Shown here one piece after another: positions 9,676 to 19,180 of a DNA stretch of 52,182 nucleotides. Position 1 is the first letter of the stretch. Each line of letters opens with the position of its first letter. Below the pieces are notes generated by a model. The model was not told the origin of the DNA. It was given only the letters and a program-made list of their open reading frames with translations, and did no database searches. The stretch is from positions 1-52,182 of IMG/VR virus record IMGVR_UViG_3300024262_004288, one strand, 5' to 3'. The stretch is from a virus. Taxonomy: Duplodnaviria > Caudoviricetes. The translations under genes and the position numbers were made by a program.

Positions 9676-9752
9676 GTTAAGTCTGCTTCAGCCAAGGTTA
9701 CGGTTTGCATTAACAAGGACGCATTTTAAGCGAAAGCTTCATAGTAGTTTTT

Positions 9753-10079
9753 ATGTCTTTGTTGACAGAATCACAGATTTCTCAGATAGATCTAGCGGAA
9801 CTAAAAAATCTGCACTCAAAGATTGTACTATTCTGTGATGAGTCGGAACTTTGCAAAAAGTTCCTAAGCGCAATAGTAGAGTCCAATAATGCAGGTCATC
9901 TTTGGCTGGGCAGGTTTGAGTTATTCTTCCATCTAATCACTTCGGATAACGCGCACTTAATTCCAATCTTGCGCGTTCCTCAAATTAGAGTCTATCAAAA
10001 TGGAGCAGTCATTGGTAAGGTTGAGGGCTTCTGCGGTTACGAAGAAATAAACATATTGCTGGAGAAGCTCAATGAGTAA
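9753..10079 (+). CDS. thioredoxin-fold protein (atypical Cys spacing)
   Basis: VLFCDESELCKKF...RVPQIRVYQNGAVIGKVEG matches thioredoxin topology; no canonical CxxC. Confidence 0.6.
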   Translation: MSLLTESQISQIDLAELKNLHSKIVLFCDESELCKKFLSAIVESNNAGHLWLGRFELFFHLITSDNAHLIPILRVPQIRVYQNGAVIGKVEGFCGYEEINILLEKLNE

Positions 10080-10311
10080 GTTAACGAATAGATTCATTCC
10101 TGGAGAGAAGTTACAGATTTTTGTTCATTCCGGTCTTCCAATTGAAGGAGAGATAACGGATGTAGGTGATGATTTTATTTGTGTAATAAAACCCGATGGC
10201 ACAAATGTGACTATTGAGAAGCATGCTTTAATTTCAACAGTAAGAGATTCTCATGAAGCTTCTGATCGTAGAAAGTCCCACCAAAGCAAAGAAGATAAGC
10301 GGTATTCTTAA
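10072..10311 (+). CDS. Hfq/Sm-like RNA-binding protein
   Basis: LQIFVHSGLPIEGEITDVGDDFICV (Sm1) and TIEKHALISTV (cf. Hfq VYKHAISTV). Confidence 0.65.
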   Translation: MSKLTNRFIPGEKLQIFVHSGLPIEGEITDVGDDFICVIKPDGTNVTIEKHALISTVRDSHEASDRRKSHQSKEDKRYS

Positions 10312-12124
10312 ATACCTCTATCCCAATGATACTTGGGAAGTAGTGGCTTCTATTGGCCATCTAATTGATCTTCCACACGATGAGATAGCCGTTGATGTAG
10401 ATAAGAATTTTAATGCTACGTTTATAGTGACCAATAAACAAGCTCTCGATAAAATCGTTGACAAAGCTAGTAAGGCTACCGAAATTTACTTAGGTGCAGA
10501 TGCAGACGTTGAGGGTGAGGGCATAGCTAGACGTATTCATGACCAATTGCTATCACTAGGCAAGCCTCTACATCGAGTTCGTTTTAACGCGATTACAGCT
10601 AATGTTATCAAAAAGGCAATTGATGCTCCCGAACAACTTGACTGGTCCTTAGCTGAAGCACAGGCTGCTCGTCGAATTTTGGATCGTATTATCGGGTACA
10701 AGATAAGTCCGGTGCTTTGGCACCAGTTGGGTGGTCAGCTATCCGCAGGACGAGTACAGAGTTGTGCCTTAAAGTTGCTAGTTGATCGCACGGTAGCACG
10801 TAGAAATTTCAAGCCCGAAGAATTTTGGCAATTGGCAATTAAACTATCCGACGGCACAGTTGCCTATAGTGATAGATTTGATACTAAAGTAGAAGTCCAA
10901 GTATTACAGGCTAAGTTACCTTCTGCTACATTACAAATCACTGTAACGCCTGATCAAGTTAAACCGGCACCCCCGTTCACCACCGCCGGTTTATTACAAT
11001 TTGCTACAGGCTATCTTCGTAAATCAAGTAAAGAAGTAATGGGACTATGTCAAACACTTTTTCAAAAAGGTGCCATAACGTATCATCGGACAGAATCTAT
11101 CGGCCTAGCTCCCTACTTTATTCAAGAAGCTCGCAATTATATTGATACCCAACTTGGCAAGGCTTTGCTAAATCCCAAGCAACGCTTTTATCCTTCGAAG
11201 GGTGCACATGAGGCCATTCGTCCTACGAAGGCAGATGTTACAGCCACACAATTACAAGGTGTTTCTAAAGATGGCGAACAATTATACCGCGCTATTTGGG
11301 CACGCTCTTTAGCAACACAAGCTATCCCCGCAGATATCGAACGTCAGCATGCCGTTATTACTGCTAGTGATGGTCAGATTCTTGCTAAAGCGTCTGGCGT
11401 TAAACTTGTGACTCCTGGGTGGTACCAAGTTAGTCTAAATCTATTTACACCAAAATATCACGCAATTGATCCGAATGCTAATATTGACTCCAATAGCATT
11501 GTTTCTAGTTGGACAGAACCGCCCCAACGATATTCTGAATCCCGATTAATTCGTAAGCTAGAAAAAGAAGGAGTAGGGCGTCCATCTACTTACGCTACGA
11601 TCGTTAGTTCACTTTTTAAGCATAGTTACGTATTATACAAAAAAGGTGGCATGGACTCGACTGCTCGTGGAGAGCTACTTACAATGTTCATGCAAAGTTG
11701 CTTTCCTGATCTACTACAGATGAACTTCACCGCAGAAATGGAAGAGTGGCTAGATCGTTTAGCTAGTGGTGAAGATAGTGTTTTAAGTAGAACTATCTTA
11801 CTACAGCGATATTGGGAATGGTTACTTCCTCTACTAAACTCCGCAGCCACACATATTATATCAACTGCAGATGTTTGCTCCTGTGGAAAAGACCTGCAAG
11901 TCTTTGTTTCTAGAAAGGGTGCGCCCTACTTAAAGTGCTCAACTTGTGGAACGTTTCATGGATTCGATGTAGATGAGCAAGGGGACATCCGAATATTCAA
12001 GCCAGCTAAATTAACAGGCACTTGCTCCAAGTGTGGAGCAGACGATTTATACTCGGCCCAAAGCCAATATGGTCGTTACATTCGTTGCCACTCTTGCAAC
12101 ACGGCACACAAGGATAATCAATGA
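10253..12124 (+). CDS. topA: DNA topoisomerase I (type IA)
   Basis: LLIVESPTKAK, ASIGH, DADVEGE, SAGRVQ, catalytic ITYHRT, AHEAIRPT, GRPSTYA, C-terminal zinc ribbons. Confidence 0.95.
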   Translation: MKLLIVESPTKAKKISGILKYLYPNDTWEVVASIGHLIDLPHDEIAVDVDKNFNATFIVTNKQALDKIVDKASKATEIYLGADADVEGEGIARRIHDQLLSLGKPLHRVRFNAITANVIKKAIDAPEQLDWSLAEAQAARRILDRIIGYKISPVLWHQLGGQLSAGRVQSCALKLLVDRTVARRNFKPEEFWQLAIKLSDGTVAYSDRFDTKVEVQVLQAKLPSATLQITVTPDQVKPAPPFTTAGLLQFATGYLRKSSKEVMGLCQTLFQKGAITYHRTESIGLAPYFIQEARNYIDTQLGKALLNPKQRFYPSKGAHEAIRPTKADVTATQLQGVSKDGEQLYRAIWARSLATQAIPADIERQHAVITASDGQILAKASGVKLVTPGWYQVSLNLFTPKYHAIDPNANIDSNSIVSSWTEPPQRYSESRLIRKLEKEGVGRPSTYATIVSSLFKHSYVLYKKGGMDSTARGELLTMFMQSCFPDLLQMNFTAEMEEWLDRLASGEDSVLSRTILLQRYWEWLLPLLNSAATHIISTADVCSCGKDLQVFVSRKGAPYLKCSTCGTFHGFDVDEQGDIRIFKPAKLTGTCSKCGADDLYSAQSQYGRYIRCHSCNTAHKDNQ

Positions 12125-13350
12125 AAAACTATAGGGCGGTAGCTAAGGCTACAGAATTCAATTTCGAGGACGCGGTTAACGCAATAGGCAAAGACTTGGA
12201 TATGGATCCAGTATCCTTAGATAGAAAGTCTTTCGTCGATGGTTCCATTAGCTTAGATAGTTTGACACTAGATTTGATTATGGGAGGAGGAATAGCTCCA
12301 CGACGCTGGACTACCTTCTTCGGATTTGAGGGCAGCGGGAAGTCGACAGCGGCTTTCCATGGAATGCGTTCTGCGGTCAATATGAAGATCCCTTGTTTAT
12401 TCTTTGATTATGAGGGAGCCGATCCCCTATATCTATCCCGTATTGGGCTTGATATTAAGAATCCCTTGCTAAAGATTTTCCATCCAACTACTGGTGAGCA
12501 GACGTATCGCTTTATTAAACGTTTTGCATCGTTACTTCCAGAACAGCATTCTGGTCAGGTGCAAGCAGCTTTCTTCATTGATTCCTTCACGGCCATGCTA
12601 CCAGAGGCTATTGATGAAAATGATGAATTTGGTCAGCGCGCAGTTGCAGCCTCAATGCATTCTTCGAAGATTCCCCTTATCCGTAGCATGCTAAACCGCA
12701 AGTCCTGTGCCCTAGTAGGAACCAATCAGTTGCGACTTTCTCCACAGGCCATGTTTGGTAGCCCTGAATATGAGCCTGGTGGTGAAGCCCTCAAGTTCTA
12801 TAGTGACGTACGCCTTCGCATGCAGATGATTAGTCCTCGAACCGTGGGTGCTACTCCCATGACAGAGGCTGGTAAAACCAAGCTGGAAGAAGAGCCCTGC
12901 GTCGTGGGTAAGGGAGTTGATCGCTATACGTACTCAACCGCACGTACGGTCAAGAATAAAGCGTTTTCGCCTTTCCGAACAAGTTTCCTTCGGTTCTGGA
13001 CGGAGCATCGAGGAATGCCTGGCCATGGTATTGACCCTGTTTATGATACCTATCAGTTCTTGGTAGAAACTGGACAGGCAGTATACAAACGTGGTCGCAT
13101 GAATATTAGTATTCAAGGTTTCAATGATAAATCTTTTACGTGGCTAGAATTCAAGAAATTAATCATTGATGACGAAGATGAGGTGTTAAATAACGAAGGA
13201 TTGACCCTTCGTGAAGTTTGTCGTTCGCAAATTGCTGATAGCACCGCCTTTGAGATGTTCTTTAATGTTTCTGGTGGGCTGGGACTTGTCAGCAATGAAA
13301 AGGAAACTGGAAGAGATGACGAAGATGGAAGTTTCGCTCCGGAGGAATAA
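12121..13350 (+). CDS. recA: RecA/UvsX recombinase
   Basis: GFEGSGKST Walker A, IDS, TNQLR, MFGSPE..PGGEALKFYSDVRL, VKNK. Confidence 0.92.
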   Translation: MKNYRAVAKATEFNFEDAVNAIGKDLDMDPVSLDRKSFVDGSISLDSLTLDLIMGGGIAPRRWTTFFGFEGSGKSTAAFHGMRSAVNMKIPCLFFDYEGADPLYLSRIGLDIKNPLLKIFHPTTGEQTYRFIKRFASLLPEQHSGQVQAAFFIDSFTAMLPEAIDENDEFGQRAVAASMHSSKIPLIRSMLNRKSCALVGTNQLRLSPQAMFGSPEYEPGGEALKFYSDVRLRMQMISPRTVGATPMTEAGKTKLEEEPCVVGKGVDRYTYSTARTVKNKAFSPFRTSFLRFWTEHRGMPGHGIDPVYDTYQFLVETGQAVYKRGRMNISIQGFNDKSFTWLEFKKLIIDDEDEVLNNEGLTLREVCRSQIADSTAFEMFFNVSGGLGLVSNEKETGRDDEDGSFAPEE

Positions 13351-13625
13351 TGAGTAAGAAAGATGAAGTTCAGCACTCGATAGGAACCATTGGAGATAGA
13401 GTTCCTATTAACTCGGCAGCAGCTCATCGTATGCACGCCATATACAACTACCAGGTTGGAACCTTTAGATCAGTAAAGGGAGGATTGGACGCTACTCTTT
13501 ATCAGTCACGTGAAGGAATCAGATACGTCGTAGGTACCTTGCAACTGCGTAATCAGATTGCAGGGTCTTTTGATCGCTCACATTATTCTATGCTTGATGT
13601 GCCTATTCCTGAACAATTTCAATAG
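13350..13625 (+). CDS. hypothetical protein
   Basis: TAATG-coupled to recA, GGAGG SD. Confidence 0.65.
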   Translation: MSKKDEVQHSIGTIGDRVPINSAAAHRMHAIYNYQVGTFRSVKGGLDATLYQSREGIRYVVGTLQLRNQIAGSFDRSHYSMLDVPIPEQFQ

Positions 13626-13633
13626 GAAAAGAT

Positions 13634-14410
13634 ATGTCTAACTCTGTAGTAATGTTGCTATCTGGTGGAATAGATTCCACCGTTGTTGCTACCAATCTAA
13701 AGCTTGCACATGCTAAAATCCATGCGGTATTTCTTCAGCAGGAGTTGGTGCGGCATAGGCAACAGACAGAGCACATTGTTCAGTATCTTAATGAAAATTT
13801 TGAGGGCCCCGATATCGAATTTCATGCAGCCGATGTACAATCGTTACTACATATGCTCAAGTTACCAGATACAGGCTATGTACCTGGGTATCAGTTATTC
13901 AATCATTTGGTAGCTTTGGCTATGGCCGATAAATACGATACTACATTCATCTACACGGGAGAAATCCATAATGCAGTATTTGTCAGTAATAGTACGGAGG
14001 AAGATGCCGACCATCATATGTATTTAGACTTCCTAGGCAAGGAAGATGATACATTCTACGAAGCTCATTATAGTACACGAGACAAAATGGCAGAGGCATA
14101 TTCCTACGCCTATAGCGGTCATACCTGGGGCTATCGTTTTATTGATCCTTTGCTAGGATTAACAAAGTCGCAGGTTACTAAACTGGGAGTACATTTAGGT
14201 GCTCCCTTACAATTATCGGTAACCTGTCGTGCTCCCGATATGGATGAATGGTCATCCGATGACGTCTTTCATTGTGGTCGTAGTAACTGTTACTTCTGCT
14301 GTCATCGCCGCTTGGGATATCTTCGTGCAGAAATTGATGATTCAGTCAAGTATCATGTTATCGAGGATCTTCCGCCAGATATTCAGGCATTAGTTAATAT
14401 TAAGGATTGA
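13634..14410 (+). CDS. queC: divergent QueC-like PP-loop ATPase (7-cyano-7-deazaguanine synthase family)
   Basis: LLSGGIDSTV PP-loop, GYVP, PLLGLTKSQV..LG, SVTC...HCG..NCYFCCHR Zn site. Confidence 0.75.
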   Translation: MSNSVVMLLSGGIDSTVVATNLKLAHAKIHAVFLQQELVRHRQQTEHIVQYLNENFEGPDIEFHAADVQSLLHMLKLPDTGYVPGYQLFNHLVALAMADKYDTTFIYTGEIHNAVFVSNSTEEDADHHMYLDFLGKEDDTFYEAHYSTRDKMAEAYSYAYSGHTWGYRFIDPLLGLTKSQVTKLGVHLGAPLQLSVTCRAPDMDEWSSDDVFHCGRSNCYFCCHRRLGYLRAEIDDSVKYHVIEDLPPDIQALVNIKD

Positions 14411-14411
14411 T

Positions 14412-15353
14412 GTGTTCAAGCTATTAGATAATCTGGATTTAATTTGGGCAATGAATGATGAATTGTCACATGCCTGTTGGCAAAACTGTCCTTTGCTGGG
14501 ATGGCTCTTTGTTAAGACGGGCCTTTGTGAAATACAGCCGATGGTAGATATTATCAGCTTTCTTTACAAGCATCCAGAGTCTGCTCCAGAGGGACTTTTA
14601 GTTAACAAGAGTTTTATGTTACCTCGGACGGGCGATCGCCAGAAAATTAGTAGGGCACTATTGCAAACGGCACTTCCTATAGAATGCATCTCAGATCCAC
14701 AACTCATTGCATCGTGGCCTTTTGCTACCCAGCTACAAGATTTTGAACCGATGCTTGAGACTAAAAAACTGCTAAACTTGCCTGGTGGTAAATTAGCTAA
14801 AGAACGTAATGGGATCAAACGTTGGTCGACAAAGTGGATTACGACTATTGCTGAGTATGATATAGACAAAGCGATTGTTATGTATGATCAATGGGTCTCC
14901 GATATGAAAGGTAAGGTAGAAGCTAATTCTATTGTCTTCCAGCGTTATCTTTTATCCAATCTTCCCCAGATCTCTACTATCTATCCCATTACCCTAGCTT
15001 GCTTAGAAAGAGATGGCGAGTATCTTTCGGTGTCTATTGGAGCCAAAGTTAGTATCTCTACTTGGACTTCGTTAGTACGGATTAGTCGCCGTGGTAAGGA
15101 CTTTCAGTATGCCTCCGACGCTGCCTTTGTCCAGATAGCCCGGCAATCCACTCAACAGTTCGAAGCAGATGGTTGGATGGGGTATTATGATGAAGAGATA
15201 TTCGGAGGATTAATTCGTTATAAAAAGAAGTTTTTATCGATAGGAAGGGCTAAGCCCTTGTATGCACTGTCTTCTACTCCATTGAAGAAGAATAGTGTTT
15301 TAATCAATCCGGCAGTTGAAAAATCCGGTATTTGGGAGATTGAAAATGGCTAA
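14412..15353 (+). CDS. DUF2156/FemABX-like GNAT-fold transferase (putatively aminoacyl-tRNA-dependent)
   Basis: LLNLPGGKLAKERNGIKRW (cf. L.G.K...KRN.INRF) and GGLIRYKKKF (cf. GL..yK..f). Confidence 0.6.
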   Translation: MFKLLDNLDLIWAMNDELSHACWQNCPLLGWLFVKTGLCEIQPMVDIISFLYKHPESAPEGLLVNKSFMLPRTGDRQKISRALLQTALPIECISDPQLIASWPFATQLQDFEPMLETKKLLNLPGGKLAKERNGIKRWSTKWITTIAEYDIDKAIVMYDQWVSDMKGKVEANSIVFQRYLLSNLPQISTIYPITLACLERDGEYLSVSIGAKVSISTWTSLVRISRRGKDFQYASDAAFVQIARQSTQQFEADGWMGYYDEEIFGGLIRYKKKFLSIGRAKPLYALSSTPLKKNSVLINPAVEKSGIWEIENG

Positions 15354-15627
15354 GTGGGCAAAAGTTGGCGTCCTTTGGAATCGTCCTAGTGGATACTCGG
15401 GATCGATTAGTTTAGGTATTCTGGGTGAGATCAATATCCAGATCAAGCCCAATTCAGACAAGCGCAACGACAATGAGCCAGACTATAATATTATTGCCCT
15501 GCGAGGGGAACTTCCACTAAATCAGCTTGGTCGTGATACTAGCATCTCTATTCGAGAGTTAACTCCTTGTGCAGGCAAAGGCACCATCAAGGCCCACGAA
15601 GACTGGAGGAAAACAGATGCGGAGTAA
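15346..15627 (+). CDS. DUF736-like small protein
   Basis: VGVLW..SGYSGSI...IQIKPNSDKRNDNEPDYNI; start ATG at 15346. Confidence 0.55.
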   Translation: MAKWAKVGVLWNRPSGYSGSISLGILGEINIQIKPNSDKRNDNEPDYNIIALRGELPLNQLGRDTSISIRELTPCAGKGTIKAHEDWRKTDAE

Positions 15628-16210
15628 GCTTCTAGAATTATATCGTAAGCTATATAAAGCAACCTCTGATATTACTATTGGTTGTGGTAGCTACGGTTGT
15701 GGTAGACTTTGCGAAGAAGGGCCCGATGCCTTTGACCTATTAAAGCCAGGAGAGTGTTGGGTTCCTTGGGAGTTCTATCTTCTACCATGGGAGCACGAAC
15801 TTCTAGCAGAGGTAGCAGAAGAGAAAGAAACACGATTTTCTGTTGTTAATATTGGCGGCATGCCCATTGCTACTGTAAAGTTTGATGATTATTGTCCTTA
15901 CTACACTTTGGGCGCAGGACTGTGCCAAATATTTGACGAGCGGCCTATGATTTGTCGTAGTTATCCTTTGTGGCCGCATATCAACTTAACTAAACGCTCT
16001 GTATCGTTTTCACAAATTGACTTCTGTCCTGCAAAACTGGCACCAGAGTTTATCAGTCGTTACACAGATATTTACAATCAATTAATTCCGGAAGTGTCTG
16101 AGACATACTGGCGTTTCCACAACGTTTTGGGAGAAGGATCGCTTGTTCCCCTCTCTACCAAACATACCAGTGACTGGTATACCCGATTCAAGAACCGGAA
16201 GAAGAAATGA
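15617..16210 (+). CDS. YkgJ-family cysteine-cluster protein
   Basis: C..GCG.LC...CPYY...CQIFDERPMICRSYP; GGAGG SD before ATG 15617. Confidence 0.8.
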   Translation: MRSKLLELYRKLYKATSDITIGCGSYGCGRLCEEGPDAFDLLKPGECWVPWEFYLLPWEHELLAEVAEEKETRFSVVNIGGMPIATVKFDDYCPYYTLGAGLCQIFDERPMICRSYPLWPHINLTKRSVSFSQIDFCPAKLAPEFISRYTDIYNQLIPEVSETYWRFHNVLGEGSLVPLSTKHTSDWYTRFKNRKKK

Positions 16211-16827
16211 AAAAGATTTACTTTGTCCGGCATGCTGAATGCGAAAGTGATATTCAGCATATTCTAGCTGGTCAATATAATTACGTACTGACTCCTCGTG
16301 GACATCAGCAGGCTGCAAAGTTTGCTACTAGTATTCCCAAGGATATGCGGGCACTTACTAGTCCATTAGCGCGGGCTACTGAAACCGCGTCTCCTTATAG
16401 GGATAGCGCAAGAGGACAGTTACTGGAACATAATATGGATCTTCGTGAGCGTAGTTGGGGTCTGTTTGATGGTAAGACACGCTCCTCCTTCACTGATGCT
16501 GAGAAAGTGTTGATGAAGAGACTTCGTGATCCATTGGATGATCTGCAGGGATCGATCACTAGTCGTGCCCTAGAAGTCGAAGAGCGATCCGCTGTTTTCA
16601 ATAGAATGTTTGCTATACTAAAATCATTGACAACGGGGCAAGTTGAAAATACTGTCTGTTTTTCACATGGACATGCTATTGCAACTTTAGTCGAAGGAAT
16701 GACAGGACTGGCAGTTCCTTTGATTGGTCCTTGCGGCTATGTAATATTCACATTTAGTGATTATGGGGAATGTTACGGATATGAGGTTTTTACAAACCGC
16801 GGATCTTCATCTGGGAAAGTCGCGTAA
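16207..16827 (+). CDS. histidine phosphatase (phosphoglycerate mutase family)
   Basis: FVRHAE, LTPRGHQQA, SPLARATETA, LRERSWG, FSHG. Confidence 0.88.
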   Translation: MKKIYFVRHAECESDIQHILAGQYNYVLTPRGHQQAAKFATSIPKDMRALTSPLARATETASPYRDSARGQLLEHNMDLRERSWGLFDGKTRSSFTDAEKVLMKRLRDPLDDLQGSITSRALEVEERSAVFNRMFAILKSLTTGQVENTVCFSHGHAIATLVEGMTGLAVPLIGPCGYVIFTFSDYGECYGYEVFTNRGSSSGKVA

Positions 16828-17779
16828 GCTCCCCGATTACTTACCTAGGCAACAGCAAATGTTGCGTCAGATCTTTAGTCTTGCCAAACAGGAGCAAGTT
16901 GATGCTCTGGTAATCGCTGGGGATATTTACGATCGAACAGATTTACGAGATGAAGAACGAAATATCTTTCTGGAAATCTTACTGCAGTATGATGGTAAAT
17001 TTCCCATCTTAATTATCAATGGTAACCATTGTATGCATGGACATGAACAGTTGACTGCTCTACATTTTCTAAAGACCCTAGAGAATCATGACAAGTTTAA
17101 GTCTGTGCATATCGCAGAATTAGAGCCACGCATAGTATCTATTATGGGAGTAGATTTTGCTTTATTGCCTTATCGATACTATAATAGCCAAACTTTTGCT
17201 ACTGCGGCTAGGTCCTTGGTTGCACAAGCCACCGAAGATAAGATTGTGGTAGTTTGTCACGAGTGTATCAATGGGGCATCCACCGATACTGGATGGAAAG
17301 CTTCACATGGCTTCATTGAGTTGCCCAATATACCAGAAGTTACTTTCTGGGCGTTAGGCGATATTCATAAGCAGCAAGCCGTGCGCAAGAATGCCCACTA
17401 TCCAGGTAGCCCTATACAGCATACCTTCGGAGATGCCCCAACCGGTAAAGGAGTATTGTTAGTCGATACCGATCATCCTACCACGATTCAAAAGATTCCT
17501 TTGCTAGGAATCAAGCCCTTATTGACACTAACTGAAGTGCCAGATGAATGGCCAGATGCATATATTCGTATCGTGGGAATTAAAGAAGTACCGCGAGATC
17601 TACCTGATGATGTAATTTACACATCTCCACAAGAACAGGAGCCTATTGATATCGCTGTGCAGGATGATATCCTTCAAGGCTTGATTGAAGTCTTAGCGGA
17701 TCGTGGGCTAAAAGGTCAGCATCAGGCCGAGGCTATTGAATTAGCTACAGGCTTACTTAAAAGTATCAACGTTGACTAG
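16781..17779 (+). CDS. sbcD: SbcD/Mre11 nuclease
   Basis: TADLHLG, AGDIYD, NGNH, ALGDIH, YPGSP; start ATG 16781. Confidence 0.9.
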   Translation: MRFLQTADLHLGKSRKLPDYLPRQQQMLRQIFSLAKQEQVDALVIAGDIYDRTDLRDEERNIFLEILLQYDGKFPILIINGNHCMHGHEQLTALHFLKTLENHDKFKSVHIAELEPRIVSIMGVDFALLPYRYYNSQTFATAARSLVAQATEDKIVVVCHECINGASTDTGWKASHGFIELPNIPEVTFWALGDIHKQQAVRKNAHYPGSPIQHTFGDAPTGKGVLLVDTDHPTTIQKIPLLGIKPLLTLTEVPDEWPDAYIRIVGIKEVPRDLPDDVIYTSPQEQEPIDIAVQDDILQGLIEVLADRGLKGQHQAEAIELATGLLKSINVD

Positions 17780-17790
17780 TTGGAGAATTC

Positions 17791-18915
17791 ATGGAAAGTT
17801 ATGAACCTATGGCTTTGCGGTACCGACCGCAAACTATTGACCAGCTCATTGGGCAACCTACTGTTGCTAAGTCCTTGCGTGGAATGGTTAGTAGCCAGCG
17901 CATAACAAGAACGTTACTAATTCATGGCCCATTCGGTTCGGGAAAGACTACAACTGCTCGGCTAATCGCAAGATATGTCAATTGTGAAGCGAGGGAGCCC
18001 TCCGGAGATCCTTGTGGAGTTTGTGCTTCGTGCACCACAATGGCAGATGGTAACCATCCCGATGTTGTAGAGCTAAATGCGGCAGATGCTCGTGGCATTG
18101 ATACGATCCGAGAGATTATTGAGCACGCTAACTTCTCCCCGCGGCATGTCTACCGTTGCTATATACTCGACGAAGTACATCAGCTTACTCCGCAAGCGGT
18201 ACAAGCGATGCTTAAAATTTTAGAGGAACCACCCAGCAAGACTATCTTTATGCTAGTCACAACTGAGCCGGGGAGGCTACCTTTTACTATTCGTAGCCGC
18301 TGCGTCCAGCTTAAACTAATGCCTGTCGAGCCCGAAGTTACAGCAAAGCATTTGGGAAACATCTGTACTGCCGAAGGGATCGAGGGCGTTGATTCCGAAA
18401 TTCTTTTAGAGATAGCCAGGGCCGTTAATGGTCATCCACGCGATGCTTTGTCTGCACTAGAGCAAGTCATTCATCACCTAGATACACTGGCAGATAAGTC
18501 TCAGATAAAGGCAATGCTACCACAAGTGATTGAAGAAGTGGTAGGCATACCTCCTGAGGTACAGGTTATGAAATACCTTATCTCTATTCTACGAGGAAGA
18601 GAAGGATTGGCCTTACGGATGATTCGTGGTATCAAAAATCCCGATGCCTTTCTTCACCAAAGTATTAAGTTAATTCAGCAAGTTCTTTTTGATAGTGTTT
18701 CTACGACATTATCCGATCAATATTACCGTAAGTTTTTCGACGAACTTGATAAGAAAGAAGTAATTGCTTCTATCAGTGTATTAGCCAAATTACTTGAGCT
18801 TCATATGTCTTCGTATGAAAAAGCTAAGACATACGTCTTAGAAGCCGAGGATCTATTGATTCTTACGGCAGTTAAAAGTACTGAGATTGTTAAGGCGCAC
18901 TCTAGTGAATTGTGA
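17791..18915 (+). CDS. dnaX: DNA polymerase III clamp loader gamma/tau
   Basis: LRYRPQT, GPFGSGKTT, PCGVCASC, ELNAAD, LDEVH, LKILEEPP, TIRSRC. Confidence 0.93.
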   Translation: MESYEPMALRYRPQTIDQLIGQPTVAKSLRGMVSSQRITRTLLIHGPFGSGKTTTARLIARYVNCEAREPSGDPCGVCASCTTMADGNHPDVVELNAADARGIDTIREIIEHANFSPRHVYRCYILDEVHQLTPQAVQAMLKILEEPPSKTIFMLVTTEPGRLPFTIRSRCVQLKLMPVEPEVTAKHLGNICTAEGIEGVDSEILLEIARAVNGHPRDALSALEQVIHHLDTLADKSQIKAMLPQVIEEVVGIPPEVQVMKYLISILRGREGLALRMIRGIKNPDAFLHQSIKLIQQVLFDSVSTTLSDQYYRKFFDELDKKEVIASISVLAKLLELHMSSYEKAKTYVLEAEDLLILTAVKSTEIVKAHSSEL

Positions 18916-19180
18916 TAATTGTCCAGCACCTTGCTGCGGTGAGGGATATCTTTCCTTACTAGATCATAAAGCTAGGATCGGCGGCCAATACGAAATCATG
19001 CCCGTTAGACCCGAGTTCGGTTTGTACGCCTTAAAGCAAATTGATGGTAAATGTGTTTACTATAACGAGGGTTGTACTATTTACGAGGAGCGCCCAAGAC
19101 ACTGTCGTGAGTATGATTGTCGTTTAGATACGAGAAAGCCAACTACTAGTAAATACTGGCCATTTGATGATAACGTTTGA
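18905..19180 (+). CDS. small YkgJ-family cysteine-cluster protein
   Basis: CDNCPAPCC...CVYY..GCTIYEERPRHCREYDC; GTG start 18905. Confidence 0.75.
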   Translation: MNCDNCPAPCCGEGYLSLLDHKARIGGQYEIMPVRPEFGLYALKQIDGKCVYYNEGCTIYEERPRHCREYDCRLDTRKPTTSKYWPFDDNV

